A stretch of DNA of 64,000 nucleotides from Octopus vulgaris (taxonomy: Eukaryota), in the NCBI GenBank assembly GCA_951406725.2, contig OX597836.1, positions 21,452,001-21,516,000 on the forward strand, read 5' to 3'. The translations under genes and the position numbers were made by a program. Below, in pieces: positions 1 through 64,000 of this stretch; the stretch's first letter is position 1, and every line of letters begins with the position of its first letter. The notes under the pieces were generated by a model that worked only from the letters and a program-made list of their open reading frames with translations, ran no database searches and was not told where the DNA came from.

Positions 1-252
1 GGTGGTGCTCCAGCATGGCTGCAGTCAAATGATTGAAACAAGTAAAAGAGTAAAAGAGTAAAAGAGAGTAATGAAAGGGTTAACCTGTCATCACAATGGT
101 GGAAGATTTTAATTCAATACTTACGAAAGTAAGACATTTATACAACAGTGCCAGAGGCGGTTTTGGCCGGGTTGGTATCAAAAGGGTTAAACTTTCAAGG
201 CAGTAAAACGATGTTTTGTTGACCAGTATAATCCATCATAGACAGTTATTTT

Positions 253-692
253 AATAATAATAATAATAATAATAAATGTGTACAGTGCTCAGGTGCACTA
301 CAACTCATCTAAAGTGTATATATAATCAGGTGTAGTTTCGGCGGATTTCGGAAAGCATGAGGGCCTTAAAGGATGCAGTGTCATGGCAGTCAACAACTGA
401 CGCAGACAGTTTATTCCATGCTTCAGCAACTCTGAGCGTGAAGAAATGTTTCCGAAAGTCATGGGAGCTGTGTTGTTTTCTGACTTTGTAGGCATGTCCA
501 CATGTGTTAGACACATGGAGATCGAAAAGGTGTTCAGTGTTGTTGTTGGTGAGGTGGTTGATAACTTTGTGGGTGTTTACCAAGTCCGTCGCCAGATGCC
601 GGAGCTTCAGTGAATCCATGCCCAGGGAAACAAGGCGCTCAGAATATGGTAGGTGTCTGATGGAGGGTATGCGTTGTGTCATTCTGTCCTAG
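253..692 (-). mobile_element. CR1-like LINE 3' end
   Basis: ORF 326..682: LPYSERLVSLGMDSLKLR...FFTLRVAEAWNKL, typical CR1 ORF2 C-terminus; (TTA)n tail. Confidence 0.85.
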
Positions 693-764
693 TTTCAGGT
701 AGGTTTTTTCAGTATCAACACACCTTGACATCTAAATCTATGAATATTATCTTTTCTGTTTCAG

Positions 765-61782
<61,018 letters not shown>

Positions 61783-62316
61783 GTAAGTAAATTCCCGGAT
61801 ATTACATTTACTCTTTTACTCTTTACTCTTTTACTTGTTTCAGTCATTTGACTGCGGCCATGCTGGAGCACCGCCTTTAATCGAGCAACTCGACCCCGGG
61901 ACTTATTCTTTTGTTAGCCCAGTACTTATTTTATTGGTCTCTTTTGCCGAACCGCTAAGTAATGTATGTTTGTGTGTGTATTTACATATTCATCATACAT
62001 ACAGACATACATACATCCAAGTGGTCAGTCCGTCGGTCTTCGAAAAATACGAAGATCGCTCAACGATGAATATATCAGAGATAAGCTACATAATATGGTT
62101 TAAAAACGATCAATCTAACAACCGACTGCCATAACTCGCGTGAAAGTAGAAGACTTCATATTCATCAAATGAGCAGATTATGGATTTATGCTGAATACAA
62201 TAACGAAAAAAAAAAGCAAAAATAAAACATATAAGGCAATGTTCGATTTAGAAGTATACGTATATCCATTTGATGTGTATGAATCATCATCTTCACAATC
62301 GATTGTTAGTTTGATC

Positions 62317-62791
<475 letters not shown>

Positions 62792-62809
62792 GTATATGTG
62801 TGTGTGTGT

Positions 62810-63110
62810 GGAGGCGCAATGGCCCAGTAGTTAGGGCAGCGGACTCGCGGTCGTAGGATCGCGGTTTCGATTCCCAGACCGGACGTTGTGAGTGTTTATT
62901 GAGCGAAAACACCTAAAGCTCCATGAGGCTCCGGCAGGTGGTGGTGGCGATCCCTGCTGTACTCTTTCGCCACAACTTTCTCTCACTTTTTCTTCTGTTG
63001 GCCTCCTCGCTTAGCCAGTGGGGTGGCGTCATTTGAAGGCAAAAACACTGCGAAGCGCATTATGACCAGCGATGTGTAGCAACATCTGATAGCCTTGTCT
63101 GTCACGGTGA
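62810..63110 (+). mobile_element. tRNA-derived SINE family D, tail type 1
   Basis: ggaggcgcaatggcccagtagttagggcagcggactcgcgg...ggtttcgattccc head; tail matches the minus-strand fragment at about 12680-12742. Confidence 0.85.
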
Positions 63111-63119
63111 TATATATAG

Positions 63120-63612
<493 letters not shown>

Positions 63613-64000
63613 TGGACTGACCTAAACTCTGGTGAATGAGTGGCTACGAATTTTTTTTTATTCTATGACGCTGGTATTACAAAATAAGAGATAATAATGT
63701 TAGTTTGACTAGTATGCCATTTCTAAGTGAAAATTCCTCAGAAAATATCCGCACAGCCTATTACTTGCAGTCGGTAGCGCATGAAGCCAGCAAGCGATAG
63801 GTACGTGATTCAATTTGAATTAGTGCTGTTCAATTCCTACAGCGTAGATGTTATATATAACTTGTTGACCGACAACATTAAATTTATCTGACACGTTGCT
63901 TGCGCATAGAACATCAATAAATTAATTACACTGCTGACAATTGCACGGTATGCAAATCAGTATCGCCATTTCAGTAACTTTTAATTTTTGTTTGATTTGA

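Noticed and set aside
62810-62885. tRNA gene (also at other SINE heads)
   Set aside because: A/B boxes are present but the sequence continues into a dispersed repeat body; these are SINE heads.

Overview
Eukaryotic, repeat-rich DNA. The microsatellite load and SINE families point to a coleoid cephalopod, most likely Octopus (inferred, not database-checked). The window lies inside one large + strand gene. I traced 24 GT-AG exons (765-61782, 3207 nt, about 1069 codons) whose phases all match and which contain no stop codon; the start and stop lie outside the window. The product looks extracellular: repeated ependymin/LolA-like beta-rich modules, SEA-like modules and PAN/Apple domains. Exons 4-13 and 14-22 are an internal duplication. 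Introns hold tRNA-derived SINEs, LINE remnants (CR1, RTE, Tx1/L1, R4/Dong, Penelope), non-autonomous Helitrons, MITEs, decayed mariner and Tigger transposons, long palindromes and satellites. Highlights: (1) a 3 x 172-bp array in which every unit carries a type I hammerhead-ribozyme fold (retrozyme-like), sense in intron 17, plus dispersed hammerhead motifs; (2) a 4.8-kb 19-bp satellite filling intron 15, each unit resembling a branch point plus 3' splice site; (3) a PAN exon inserted inside a SEA-like domain in only one of the two duplicated blocks. Nearly all long ORFs in the supplied track are microsatellite artefacts. Repeat boundaries are approximate; exon boundaries were read at base level.
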